The notes under the pieces were generated by a model. It saw only the letters and a program-made list of their open reading frames with translations, was not told the DNA's origin and made no database searches. Below, in pieces: positions 26,421 to 36,600 of a stretch of DNA of 64,000 nucleotides. Within the stretch, counting starts at the first letter, position 1, and each line of letters starts with the position of its first letter. The stretch is from a virus. The DNA lies in IMG/VR virus record IMGVR_UViG_3300047564_002353, positions 1-64,000 of that record. One strand, 5' to 3'. Both the position numbers and the translations under genes were made by a program.

Positions 26421-27733
26421 CTCTGTTCGATCCAAGTCATTGCGGCAAGGGCTGCTTTGTTAGCGTTAGGGCTGGCTATGGCCAGAGTCAGTGTGTCGCT
26501 AACTGTACCCATACTACCTCGTCCAATTTGATACACAGTATCTTTATCCAGTCTAATACCTGTTCCGCCGCCACCAATAACGAATCCGGAATCAAGGTCA
26601 ACACCACCAGTATAAGCAGTAGCTGAAATGTCGTATTGTGTAAATGCGTTGGGATCGGGCATATTCACAAAATTAGCACCGGTTAGTGTGGCGTTACGAA
26701 TTAACTTGTAGAACACTGAAGTATTATCTACCGTAGCCGCTTGAAAGAATGTGGGCAAGACGATACCTTTTAATGCGGTGCTTTTTAATCTAATAGACAG
26801 TATGGGATAGAATGTGTTGGCACTGCTCATGGTTCTACCAGTAATAGGCCCAGTAACGTTTTGTGCGATACCTAATTTAGTCGCTTCACCCTCTGATATA
26901 AGACTGTTAGATCCCTGATAAAGATAGTGTGTGCCTGCCACTCCTGTGAGATTTTCTAACTCTAATCTAATGGGTAGGAAGGGAGTTGAACTCCAAGGTA
27001 CAGTATTGATATTAGCGTGGTTAAATGTGTGTACGATGTGTGTGAATCCGTCAATCACATAGCCTATGGCAATCTGACCAGCACCATACCATTCGTATTC
27101 AAAACTCACCATCTGGGTTTTAGTAGCATCGGCTATGATGCCACTAATTCCTAGTCCGTCTAACCGATCGCCGTTCCACTGACTGCGTGGTACTCGATTT
27201 TCAACTAACACGCCTGATGTACTGGTCCGCACTACTGCATTATATTCTGGTAGTCCATCGGCACCTAAGACTCCTGCGTCTTCAAAATAAAATCCGTTAG
27301 CATCATCAAACAAACCAATGCGTCTTCGTATGCCCGTTACTGGTGTTTGGAATCTCACAGCATAGGTCAACTGAGAACTGCGTCCTGGAATGTATCGCAT
27401 AACATTGCGAGTCTGTCGTATGACCTTGGAACCTTGTGTGCCGTCTACACTCATATCTACCCAATTGGTATTGGAGTTCCAAGTGGCTGCTCCGCCCAGT
27501 GTAGTGCTTTCATCCCAAACATCAGTTTCTTTACCGTATTGGAATGTGTTGAAGAAATCAGTTTGATAGTTTGATATCTTCAATCTATTCTTGCTGGTAT
27601 AGCCTGCCTGAGAATCTTTTACCCGTATAATAGGACGACCATCAGCATCATACTCCATGGCCATAGTAAGGTCATTAGTGTTGGGTTCATAGCTATGCAC
27701 ATAATTTGTGCTGTTAGGATGCATATTACCCAT
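26417..27733 (-). CDS. putative virion structural protein
   Basis: RQT...MRY.PG.S, W.GD.LDG, EWYGAG, PIR.E; start moved to MGNMH (27733) to remove the overlap. Confidence 0.7.
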   Translation of the reverse strand: MGNMHPNSTNYVHSYEPNTNDLTMAMEYDADGRPIIRVKDSQAGYTSKNRLKISNYQTDFFNTFQYGKETDVWDESTTLGGAATWNSNTNWVDMSVDGTQGSKVIRQTRNVMRYIPGRSSQLTYAVRFQTPVTGIRRRIGLFDDANGFYFEDAGVLGADGLPEYNAVVRTSTSGVLVENRVPRSQWNGDRLDGLGISGIIADATKTQMVSFEYEWYGAGQIAIGYVIDGFTHIVHTFNHANINTVPWSSTPFLPIRLELENLTGVAGTHYLYQGSNSLISEGEATKLGIAQNVTGPITGRTMSSANTFYPILSIRLKSTALKGIVLPTFFQAATVDNTSVFYKLIRNATLTGANFVNMPDPNAFTQYDISATAYTGGVDLDSGFVIGGGGTGIRLDKDTVYQIGRGSMGTVSDTLTLAIASPNANKAALAAMTWIEQR

Positions 27734-27734
27734 A

Positions 27735-28892
27735 TTAAACTCCCCACTTAGTGCTGAGGTAGTTTTCAAGAGCTGTGATCTCTGCGTCTGACAGAGCACG
27801 GTTGTAGGCAATCTGTTCAGCAAAGTCGCTGTCCCAGGCACCCATGAGATCAACATAACCAGCAGTAGCAGGTATAGTGCCGCTTGGTGGTGTGCCACCG
27901 TTGGTCACGGTCTTTGCTTCTTTGCCCCATCTGAAGGTAAATCTGCTGGCAGCGGCCGCGGTGCTGTCATAGCGGCAGGTAATGATCTTCCACGTACCGT
28001 CTGGGTCCACATTACTGGCCACAGAGGCTGTTCCTGTAGGAGCATAGAGCACAAACTGAATTTGACTGACGTATCGCACAACCGCTCGATCAGTAAATGT
28101 GCCAAGGTCCATTATTCTAAAGAAACTGGGATTCTTACCTGGAGTCACAGAAGGTTTGGCCAACATAACCATTGTCCATCCTGTAGCATCGTCAAAGGCG
28201 TTAGTAGTTAATCTAAATCCATCACTTGTGCCTGTGCTACTGACAAATCTCAGTATAGGATAACCATTTAGAGTATCTCCCGCACCAGTTTGCACAGTTG
28301 GACCGTCTGAACTCAATGATGTAGGATTAACTCCAGTTGCTCTATTAGTAAACGTTGTTATCATAGTTCCGTTGGAATATGTACCTCCGTTCATAGTTGA
28401 TGCCTTAGCAGTGTCATACCATACGGCCAATCCTGTGGTAAGATCTAAATTGCTCCAGGGTCGACCTTCTAGTAAAAAAACATTAAGATTATCAACTAGT
28501 GTATTACCGCTGTATTTTGTAGGTAGTTCTGAAATGTCGTAAACTATTCTAGCATTGCCATCACGGGTGCGTTTCTTCGCAGATATCTCAAGTTTCATTA
28601 CTTGACGTTGTTCTTTAGTTAACCCTTCGTCTAATGGTCGAGCAATAAACACATCACCTTCTACTAGAGTAATGCCCAGAGCAGTTTCAATGTCACTAAA
28701 AAACTCTGTTGGGTAGTCTGCGCTGTTGAATCTACCATCACGTGCTAAACTTAGATAATAATAGTTAGTTGGCAGGTCTTCTGCTAAACGGATCACTTCA
28801 ATATAGGCAGCACAGGTTGCGGTCGTTGTTTCAACTGCTAAAGTAGTTGGAGTTCGTAGTAATCCGTAATATGTTGTATTGATGCCAGCCAT
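27735..28892 (-). CDS. virion protein with a C-terminal LamG/concanavalin-like domain
   Basis: GLAVWYD...YNRALS..EI..LENYL..KWG. Confidence 0.7.
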   Translation of the reverse strand: MAGINTTYYGLLRTPTTLAVETTTATCAAYIEVIRLAEDLPTNYYYLSLARDGRFNSADYPTEFFSDIETALGITLVEGDVFIARPLDEGLTKEQRQVMKLEISAKKRTRDGNARIVYDISELPTKYSGNTLVDNLNVFLLEGRPWSNLDLTTGLAVWYDTAKASTMNGGTYSNGTMITTFTNRATGVNPTSLSSDGPTVQTGAGDTLNGYPILRFVSSTGTSDGFRLTTNAFDDATGWTMVMLAKPSVTPGKNPSFFRIMDLGTFTDRAVVRYVSQIQFVLYAPTGTASVASNVDPDGTWKIITCRYDSTAAAASRFTFRWGKEAKTVTNGGTPPSGTIPATAGYVDLMGAWDSDFAEQIAYNRALSDAEITALENYLSTKWGV

Positions 28893-29224
28893 TATTCACC
28901 TCGCCATTGTGATGCTGGATACATACTAGGATGTTCGCCCCGTATATCACTAGGATGTTTTGGCTGATTCGGGCCGCCGCCTGCATCCACTGTAACTGCA
29001 TCTACATCAGCATATTGAGGATTTGGTGCGTTACTCAGTGGACTCATGTCGCCAGGATCGCGTAATCCAGCGATCTGCTTCATTCGGCGTAGCTCGTCGC
29101 TGTAAAATTCTTCAGCAGATTCTGGCTCTGCATCAATTTGTACAGCTACTACAGGCTGCTGTTCTGGTTCATCTGTTTGATCTAACATCTGCAAAACTGC
29201 TTGAATAAGTTCTTGTGCTCGCAT
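28892..29224 (-). CDS. small acidic putative internal protein
   Basis: MRAQELI start, ELRRMKQIAGL, AGGG.N.PKHPSDIR. Confidence 0.75.
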   Translation of the reverse strand: MRAQELIQAVLQMLDQTDEPEQQPVVAVQIDAEPESAEEFYSDELRRMKQIAGLRDPGDMSPLSNAPNPQYADVDAVTVDAGGGPNQPKHPSDIRGEHPSMYPASQWRGE

Positions 29225-29263
29225 ATAATATCCCTTATTTGATATTTAGCAGAGCAATAAATG

Positions 29264-30124
29264 TTAATAATATCTATGTGTTTTAAGATAATCTATGTAT
29301 TCAGCTATGCCCTGTTTTGGTGTTTTAAATTGGTTAACATTTACGCCGGCTAGTGTAAGTGCATCGATGTCAGCACAGGTCCACATTTGGTATTGTTTAT
29401 ACAAATCTTCGGGCATAGGAATGTGTTTCATTTTTCCTTTTACATTATCTAGAACATAACTAGCTATAGTTTCAAAATTAGTAGCAGATCCCGTGCCTAC
29501 ATCATACACACCAGGCCGATAGTTTTGCACAAAATGCCAAATTACTCGAGCCACGTCTTCTACATAAATGAAATCTCTATAGTATTCTAAACTGTTTTCA
29601 AATATTTTAAGTTTGCCTGTTTCTGTTAGTTGATTATACCAATGAAAAGGCGTACTGGCCATACGACCTTTGTGATATTCGTTTGGACCATAAACATTGA
29701 ATAATCTCAGTACTACACCCTGATCTATTTCTCCTTCACTGACTGCTTTGCTAAATGCATATTGACTTACTGGGCCATTGCCGTGTCCGTACACACCCGC
29801 ACTACTAGTAAAGATAAAAGGTATCTTTTTCATCTTGCACCAATCGTGCCATTCTCTTGTAGAAACTACATTACTTTTGTAATAATCTTTCCACTCAGTG
29901 TCTAAGGTGCTGCTATTAGCTCCTATGTGTACGACACAATCTACAGGCACTCCCCAATCATCACTACCAAATAATACTTTAAACTTTTTGTTTACAAGAT
30001 TTTTAAATTGTTCCGGATGTGGCAAGTCGTCAAATATCAGTATATCATCGATTCCTTGTTTATTAAGATATCCTAGGACTACACTACCTATAAATCCACC
30101 TGCACCTGTTAGTGCTATTCTCAT
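29264..30124 (-). CDS. hldD: ADP-L-glycero-D-manno-heptose 6-epimerase-like SDR
   Basis: TGAGGFIGS, HIGANSST, SSAGVYG, YAFSK, NVYGPNEYHKGRMAS, RDFIYV. Confidence 0.85.
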   Translation of the reverse strand: MRIALTGAGGFIGSVVLGYLNKQGIDDILIFDDLPHPEQFKNLVNKKFKVLFGSDDWGVPVDCVVHIGANSSTLDTEWKDYYKSNVVSTREWHDWCKMKKIPFIFTSSAGVYGHGNGPVSQYAFSKAVSEGEIDQGVVLRLFNVYGPNEYHKGRMASTPFHWYNQLTETGKLKIFENSLEYYRDFIYVEDVARVIWHFVQNYRPGVYDVGTGSATNFETIASYVLDNVKGKMKHIPMPEDLYKQYQMWTCADIDALTLAGVNVNQFKTPKQGIAEYIDYLKTHRYY

Positions 30125-30879
30125 TGTATTTCCTCTAATGTAGGAGCATATACTCCAGTATGTTGTACAGTTATACTACTAGCTCGTATAGCAAAAGGTA
30201 TAGCTTTAGTCATACTTCCGTATTCTAAATATGCCCAAGTTAAAGCTGCTAAAAATGTGTCTCCAGCGCCGCAGACATCTGACACTTCTATTTTAGGAGT
30301 AGGATATATTTTGCCTTTATACTTGGCTCCTCGTTCTCCTAAGGTAATAATTAAATCATCGCATTCTGATCTTGCTTGTTTGTATTCCTTTTCGTTTATC
30401 TTAACAAAGATGCCATTAAAATATTCTAAGTCAGTCATTTTAGTATCCATAAAAATAGGACCTTTGAATTTCTGCTTTACTTTTTGTACTACAGTGTAGT
30501 CTACAGAACCTTTATTATAATCACTAATTACTACAGCATCATAATTATTGATTGTATCAAAATTGATTTTTACTACATTGCTTATTTGATCCTGATCGAC
30601 TCTCATTAATTGCTGTCTACTACGCATATCAATGAATCTAGTCTTAACACAAGTTTTAGTTCCGTGAACAAATTCTACAATACAGCCTAAAGTTTCTAGA
30701 TTCACACGTACATTAGCAGCCATACCTGGTTTACTTTCGGCATATTTGAAATCTAATACTGGAACTGGACCTTCGGGACTAATACGATTTACATCTCCGT
30801 ATTGATATTGATCAATACCATTATCCCCTATCAATAATATCTTGTATTGTTTTAGTTGTTGAATGTTCTGTTCTATCAT
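30121..30879 (-). CDS. hldA: heptose-7-phosphate kinase (HldE/RfaE domain I, PfkB family)
   Basis: RISPEGPVPV, GMAANV, SDYNKG, DVCGAGDTF. Confidence 0.88.
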   Translation of the reverse strand: MIEQNIQQLKQYKILLIGDNGIDQYQYGDVNRISPEGPVPVLDFKYAESKPGMAANVRVNLETLGCIVEFVHGTKTCVKTRFIDMRSRQQLMRVDQDQISNVVKINFDTINNYDAVVISDYNKGSVDYTVVQKVKQKFKGPIFMDTKMTDLEYFNGIFVKINEKEYKQARSECDDLIITLGERGAKYKGKIYPTPKIEVSDVCGAGDTFLAALTWAYLEYGSMTKAIPFAIRASSITVQHTGVYAPTLEEIQ

Positions 30880-31219
30880 AAAAAATTACCTTTGGAACAT
30901 GTGTGTTACCTACAATACTACGATCTCGATAATCGCTACCTTTAACCATAATGTCTGGGTTATATTCCTTAATGATGTTAATTAGCTCTTCCGAAGAATC
31001 AAATAACATAACTGTATCTACCGATCGTAAATTGTATAACATAAATTTACGATCATCTTGGTTATTGATAGGTCTTGTACTACCCTTTAGTTCTTTAACT
31101 CTGCGATCAGTATCAATACACACTAACAAATGATCGCCTTGAGATTTGGCAAATTGTAGCAATTCTAAATGTCCTCGGTGTAAGATATCAAAAGTACCGT
31201 TAACTATTACTTTGATCAT
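30821..31219 (-). CDS. hldC: heptose-1-phosphate adenylyltransferase (HldE/RfaE domain II)
   Basis: NGTFDILHRGH, KG..RPIN, KGSDY, HSTT; start MIKVI (31219). Confidence 0.88.
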   Translation of the reverse strand: MIKVIVNGTFDILHRGHLELLQFAKSQGDHLLVCIDTDRRVKELKGSTRPINNQDDRKFMLYNLRSVDTVMLFDSSEELINIIKEYNPDIMVKGSDYRDRSIVGNTHVPKVIFYDRTEHSTTKTIQDIIDRG

Positions 31220-31583
31220 TTTGACTGTCGCCCGGAGCGATACGATAATTGTCTTCAACTGAATCTGCTGTACTAACTTCAAAAATCATGCTATTAGGTT
31301 GCAGTGCTTCTAACTGATGCGGTTGTAAAGGAGGGTTATGCCAAACATCTCCTTCTTTCAATAATTTTTCGTGCATGGTAGCTGTTTTAGTGTCAATGTA
31401 TCTCAGCATAAATTGACCAGCATTTACAAACCAAGTTTCATCCTTTTCTTTATGAAAGTGCATACTAAACTTAGCACGAGCTTTTTCAAACACCATGATT
31501 TTACCGCAGTACTGGTCGTTAGTAGCCCAGATAATTTCATAACCCCAACCTTTTTTTACTGTTCCTTGTAATCTTTCTGTCAT
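31200..31583 (-). CDS. cupin sugar isomerase (mannose-6-P/lyxose isomerase-like)
   Basis: KGWG.E, SMHFH..K.ET, P...H, EVST. Confidence 0.75.
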   Translation of the reverse strand: MTERLQGTVKKGWGYEIIWATNDQYCGKIMVFEKARAKFSMHFHKEKDETWFVNAGQFMLRYIDTKTATMHEKLLKEGDVWHNPPLQPHQLEALQPNSMIFEVSTADSVEDNYRIAPGDSQNDQSNS

Positions 31584-34500
31584 TGTTTTTTCCTAAAATA
31601 GTAATCTCCGTCTGGGCCATTAGTACTAAACATACCTATGTTCTCAAACCCTATACTGCTCATATATTCTATTACTGTGTCTTTTAGCGGAGCACCTTTA
31701 TTATATTCAACACTTTGAAGTTCTAGAATTATATGTTTACATTCTTTTAGTGTTTCTTGAGCACCTTTTAACACATCTAATTCTGCACCTTGCACATCCA
31801 TTTTTATTAAATCAGGCTTAGGCATTTTTTTAAGATTTACCACAGCATCTAACGTCACAGTGTTATAACTTCGTTTATGTGTTTCGTTAAAGTATTGTTC
31901 AGCTTCTGGATTAACTTCCGAGTTTTCCCTATAGTAACTATTACCACCAGGATGATAAGTGTTTTGATAAAACTCCACAGTCTTGCCTGTAGTGTCGCTG
32001 AGCACACCTATGTGATATTGTAACTTATTTTCTTTGTATAAAAATTCGCATTCAGGCATAGCTTCGAATACCACATACTCTGATTCAGGCCAAATGCGTT
32101 TAGCTTCATTAGTCCAATGAAGAACACAAGCACCTATATCATAAATCACTTTTGGTGTAATTGGTAAAGATTTAAGATAGTCGACATGTTGTTGCGGTAT
32201 CAATCTTTGACTGCCGAGTTCTCTAAGACGCTGACTTAAATCTACTTTATTATCAATTACAGGTGTCTTTTCAGAGACAATATCAAAGTATGTGTTTCCT
32301 ATATGTCTACATAAGATATTAGTATCAGCCCATATATTAAATCCTTTACTTCTGGCTTTGTTACAGAAATCAATATCTTCGCTGATAGTGTGTGCATGAT
32401 CCAGTGCAGAATAGTATTTGAATTGAGGATATCCAATACCACGTATAACTTCAGCTTTGATTAGTACACAACCAAAACCGCAGGCTGCAACTTCTACCAG
32501 TCCTCGACTTTGCAGTTTATGATATGGCATGTGTGCTACTCCGCCACGATCAGTTTGCTCATAGACTTCTAGGATTTGTTCTGTTTTTCTTTGTCTATAT
32601 ATAGCAGTGACAACATCTTTATTATGAGATAGCAATCTTGCTAGCGTATCAGAAGGGAAACTCATGTCCGAGTCTACAGCCCAAAGATAGTCGTAGCCTT
32701 TGTCTACCCAATCTGCAATTAGATTTCGTACTTGATCGACATTATATCCATAGAAGTACTGAAATGTGGTTTGGTAACCCTCGGGTATGATCTGATCGTA
32801 GATGCTCTTGAAAGTCTCCGCTTCGATGTTCCTCGCTGTGGGTATTGCTATCAATATCTTTTTTTTTGGCATACTTTGTTTGCTTATAATATCTTTGGCT
32901 GTTTGATTTTGTTCTTCGGCATTTACTTTATAATCATTTAAAGGATTAATATCATTATAATTATACACGATATCTTGTAGACATACAACCTTTTTTGGAT
33001 CTGCTTGTTCAATTAGTGCATAGAACACACTACCATCTCCGCCTGCTCTGTACCATTCGCCTTGAGAATTTTGAAATAGATTGTCATCGCAATTATTAAT
33101 CAAATACTTCTTAAATGTTCTTAAATGTGTATAAGGCAAAATCCAATTAAAATGGTAGTTTCTATAATCCTTACTTTGTTTTACTTGTTCTGGATAAGGT
33201 TGACTGATTAATGGAATATTGTCAACCATACTCCAACAACTACCATAGGTAAACTCTGTGTTACCATCATATATAGAATTGTAATAACTTAGGATAGTAT
33301 TATCATTAACTAGACTATCATCACCATCGAGTATCATTATGATACTGTCATTTTCTAATTTTCTAAACTGTTCTATTTGATTACGTACTGCACCTTGATT
33401 ATTGAAGTTAGTAATTACTGTGAATTTGTCTCTAATATGTTTAGGCAGTTCTGCCAGTGCTTTATTGATAACTTCTCCAGTATTATCTGTACTAGCATCG
33501 TTGATCAAGTAATGATGATAGTTTTCATAATCTTGACAAGCTACACTTTCAATACATCGTGCAATATAATCTGCACAATTATAGAAAGTACTTACAATGT
33601 TTATTCGTTGTTCAGTGGCAGATTTATAATTTTCAAGTTCTACAATATTGTGGTAACGTCTGCGCCAAACTTTGTGTACTCTATGATTGATTTTGCTGAC
33701 CTTGCGATATTCTTCTAAAGAAAGATATAGATTATTCTTTTTAAAGAAGAATTGCTTCCATTGCAGTGCCACAGTGTCCCATCCTGCTACAGGTTTGACA
33801 ATATTACAATAGTATTGTTTCTGTTGATGCAAGTAGGTATTATGATATGCTTGTACTACTTGATCTACAAACTTAACTACTTGCGATTCTAGGTTAATAT
33901 CTGGAAATAATACATTAGGTTCTATAGCATAATCAATAAGATAACAAGCATCTTCTAGAGCTATTTCTTCTAGTGCTCCAAACTTACAAGTTATCAAAGG
34001 AGTGTTATAGCATAAGCTTTCTAGTGTGCTGATACCAAATGTTTCAGGAAAAGCAGAAGGATAAATCATAAAATTAGCACGAGCTAATCTGTCTGCTATT
34101 TCTCGTTGTGGAATAACTCCTGTGAATTCTATATCTAGTTGCTGATTAACAGGATCATCGGCCATTACACGCCAATCTTTTTCCTGTTGATCAGGTTCTG
34201 CACTTTCGCTAAATCTATAATAACCACCAATTACTGTTAATCGTGCTTGAGGTAATAGATGTTTTACTTTAGGCCAAATATGTTTTACTAAAGGGATCAT
34301 ACCCTTGGTCACGCTGGCATTATATACAAATAAGTTTCTGTCTTTACTTTTAATATCTACTTGATCGTGATATAAGTTTACACCATTACGAGTAATAAAA
34401 GTTTTATTTTTCAGTACTTCAAAATTTCTTCTACGACCGTGATTGCAGTTCAACACATAGGTAAGATGCCAATCACTCAGTGTAAAGATATCAGTGATCT

Positions 34501-34933
34501 TATCTTCGACTGCTAGTTGTTCAATAAGATTATCGCCTAGGCAGAACGTATCATGCATCCAAAGTATTCTTTGTTTAGCTTTAGATAATATTCTTTCGTA
34601 CAAGTTCATTTGTGCAAATGGCCAAGCACGATTATCGTTTAGTTGCGGATATTGATTAGGATGACAAAATGGTATAACAGTTCTACTGCTGATCACAATA
34701 TCGAAATATTGATCTTCTGCAAGATTAGCCAGCGGAAGATATCGTACATTATCATATACACCAGGCTGTGCGTGATCTGTAGTACAATTATTAAAAACGG
34801 TGACATCGAAATTTAATGCGGCTAGTTCTTTGGACACCAGTGTAACTGCACTTTCTGATCCGCCTAACCCTTGTTTGAATACAGTAGTTCCGTCGTAAGG
34901 AATACCAATAATATCTATAATAGCAATTTTCAT
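31580..34933 (-). CDS. four-domain fusion: GT4 + GT2 + GT2-like + FkbM methyltransferase
   Basis: GLGGSE and YPS.FPETFGIS.LE (GT4); INDASTD and LDGDD (GT2); VDSD and GFGC.LIK; YDIGA, TLD, KMDVQGAE (FkbM). Confidence 0.9.
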   Translation of the reverse strand: MKIAIIDIIGIPYDGTTVFKQGLGGSESAVTLVSKELAALNFDVTVFNNCTTDHAQPGVYDNVRYLPLANLAEDQYFDIVISSRTVIPFCHPNQYPQLNDNRAWPFAQMNLYERILSKAKQRILWMHDTFCLGDNLIEQLAVEDKITDIFTLSDWHLTYVLNCNHGRRRNFEVLKNKTFITRNGVNLYHDQVDIKSKDRNLFVYNASVTKGMIPLVKHIWPKVKHLLPQARLTVIGGYYRFSESAEPDQQEKDWRVMADDPVNQQLDIEFTGVIPQREIADRLARANFMIYPSAFPETFGISTLESLCYNTPLITCKFGALEEIALEDACYLIDYAIEPNVLFPDINLESQVVKFVDQVVQAYHNTYLHQQKQYYCNIVKPVAGWDTVALQWKQFFFKKNNLYLSLEEYRKVSKINHRVHKVWRRRYHNIVELENYKSATEQRINIVSTFYNCADYIARCIESVACQDYENYHHYLINDASTDNTGEVINKALAELPKHIRDKFTVITNFNNQGAVRNQIEQFRKLENDSIIMILDGDDSLVNDNTILSYYNSIYDGNTEFTYGSCWSMVDNIPLISQPYPEQVKQSKDYRNYHFNWILPYTHLRTFKKYLINNCDDNLFQNSQGEWYRAGGDGSVFYALIEQADPKKVVCLQDIVYNYNDINPLNDYKVNAEEQNQTAKDIISKQSMPKKKILIAIPTARNIEAETFKSIYDQIIPEGYQTTFQYFYGYNVDQVRNLIADWVDKGYDYLWAVDSDMSFPSDTLARLLSHNKDVVTAIYRQRKTEQILEVYEQTDRGGVAHMPYHKLQSRGLVEVAACGFGCVLIKAEVIRGIGYPQFKYYSALDHAHTISEDIDFCNKARSKGFNIWADTNILCRHIGNTYFDIVSEKTPVIDNKVDLSQRLRELGSQRLIPQQHVDYLKSLPITPKVIYDIGACVLHWTNEAKRIWPESEYVVFEAMPECEFLYKENKLQYHIGVLSDTTGKTVEFYQNTYHPGGNSYYRENSEVNPEAEQYFNETHKRSYNTVTLDAVVNLKKMPKPDLIKMDVQGAELDVLKGAQETLKECKHIILELQSVEYNKGAPLKDTVIEYMSSIGFENIGMFSTNGPDGDYYFRKKQ

Positions 34934-34963
34934 ACTATTATATATGCAGATTAATTTTTGCTT

Positions 34964-35317
34964 TTAAGAAATATACCAGATTTGTACCGGATCTTCATTT
35001 ATCACAATTGGGCTAGCCTTAGTATAGATAAATGTAGATGCTTGATATTGTAAGCTCATCGAAGGTACTGTGAATCCGTATCTTGGCGGATTGCCTGCCG
35101 AAGGAATGAATACTACTTGATTACTGCCTACTGTAGTAAATTCAGTTGTAAGATTAGTTCCGAATTCAGTAGTCGGAACTTTCCACGGAAATTCTGATAT
35201 ACTAGGGCTTTGACCACTAACTATGCTGGTGATCGAAGCTGTTTCGAAATCTGTGTTAACATTTTCGCTAAGACTACTGCTAGGAGTTATCAGTCCAAAC
35301 GGTGTAGGAATAGCCAT
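34964..35317 (-). CDS. putative virion protein
   Basis: S/T/P-rich; in the structural block. Confidence 0.6.
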   Translation of the reverse strand: MAIPTPFGLITPSSSLSENVNTDFETASITSIVSGQSPSISEFPWKVPTTEFGTNLTTEFTTVGSNQVVFIPSAGNPPRYGFTVPSMSLQYQASTFIYTKASPIVINEDPVQIWYIS

Positions 35318-35318
35318 A

Positions 35319-36593
35319 TTATGCTGCTCTTAAAAACCATAAGTCTTTATAGCTTGTATTACCTGTTCGAACTGGAACGTAGGTTTCTCCGCCGATTGTA
35401 TATGAACTACCAGTAACAAAATAATCAGTCATTGCTGTTGTACCATGCATGCCTTTCAATATCCCCGGTGCTGTTCCTATTGCATAGGCAGAACTCTCCA
35501 TGTTACAGCAATTAAATACCACTGGGTATACTGGAGGAACACTCAGCCCTGTAGCTGTATCTGCTACTACACCATCACTATAATAATAATAGCTGCTATT
35601 ATTAATATACTGTCCCCAATTACTGTTTAACGGACTTTGAAACAAGGGGTTTCTTAAAATTCTGTTACTGTGATAAGTCTGAGTGGCGTAACTATTCATT
35701 TGCGACCATCCGTTGAATCCTGTCATCTGACACTGTTGGGTTGAATTATAAACTCTTCCGCCAAAAATTCCTGTTGTGACACCGGTTCCAACTTGTGTTC
35801 CCGCTGAATTTATGGTAGCTGCCCATGCAGCAACATGTTCGGTATGATTATATTGAACACTACTAGCACTACCAGTAAGTCCGGCACTATTCTCTCTTCT
35901 AGTATAGGCCATTACCACCCAAGGCGGATTATCTGTTCTGCTTAATTCCCAACCGCCTACAGTTCTTATTCCAAAGTAAAACAAGTAGTCGGGTGTCGAA
36001 ATTATTATATAATTAGCAGTGATTGCCACAGTATAAGTTCTGCCAGATTCATCGAATCTCGCTCTATGATTAGTTGTTGTTGCACCAACACCTTCAGCAA
36101 CTGCTGTTGCTCCACTGGTATACTGATTATCTCTAGGTCTTTGAAAATAATTAGCATTCGAACTTTCTATGGCTACGCTAGTTGGATTGTCTGTAGTACA
36201 ACCTGCATGCCAACGAACACCAGGATAGCTGGTAAAACTACTATTAAACGGGTAATCGACTGTTCCAAATGCTACTCGATAATAAGGATAAGTTGTTTTT
36301 CCTGTTTCTTTATACAGATCTAACCACTGACTTGCAGCACTAGCAGTGAAAGTTGAGGATGAAGTATAATGATTGCTAGTACTGGCTAACCAACCTCCTG
36401 CTTCAGTATTTGAAATTACAGTTATACAATTATGACTATTATTTCTTGTTCCTGATGAGTTAACAGGATTGTTAACTGGAGTAGCGCCAGCTGCTGCTGT
36501 GGCAATAGCATGTATACTGGCCATCACATTATAATGTCTTGATTTTTGATCATTTGCATGACCGCCTACATCTGGGTCTATAGTACATAACAT
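35319..36593 (-). CDS. putative tail/fibre-associated virion protein
   Basis: S/T/G/N-rich beta protein. Confidence 0.65.
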   Translation of the reverse strand: MLCTIDPDVGGHANDQKSRHYNVMASIHAIATAAAGATPVNNPVNSSGTRNNSHNCITVISNTEAGGWLASTSNHYTSSSTFTASAASQWLDLYKETGKTTYPYYRVAFGTVDYPFNSSFTSYPGVRWHAGCTTDNPTSVAIESSNANYFQRPRDNQYTSGATAVAEGVGATTTNHRARFDESGRTYTVAITANYIIISTPDYLFYFGIRTVGGWELSRTDNPPWVVMAYTRRENSAGLTGSASSVQYNHTEHVAAWAATINSAGTQVGTGVTTGIFGGRVYNSTQQCQMTGFNGWSQMNSYATQTYHSNRILRNPLFQSPLNSNWGQYINNSSYYYYSDGVVADTATGLSVPPVYPVVFNCCNMESSAYAIGTAPGILKGMHGTTAMTDYFVTGSSYTIGGETYVPVRTGNTSYKDLWFLRAA

Positions 36594-36600
36594 AATATTT

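Noticed and set aside
27734-27898. Extended N-termini in the ORF track (also nrdA, SOD, hldC, 23837, 37467, 59943)
   Set aside because: They overlap upstream genes or leaders; downstream ATGs have better SD or coupling
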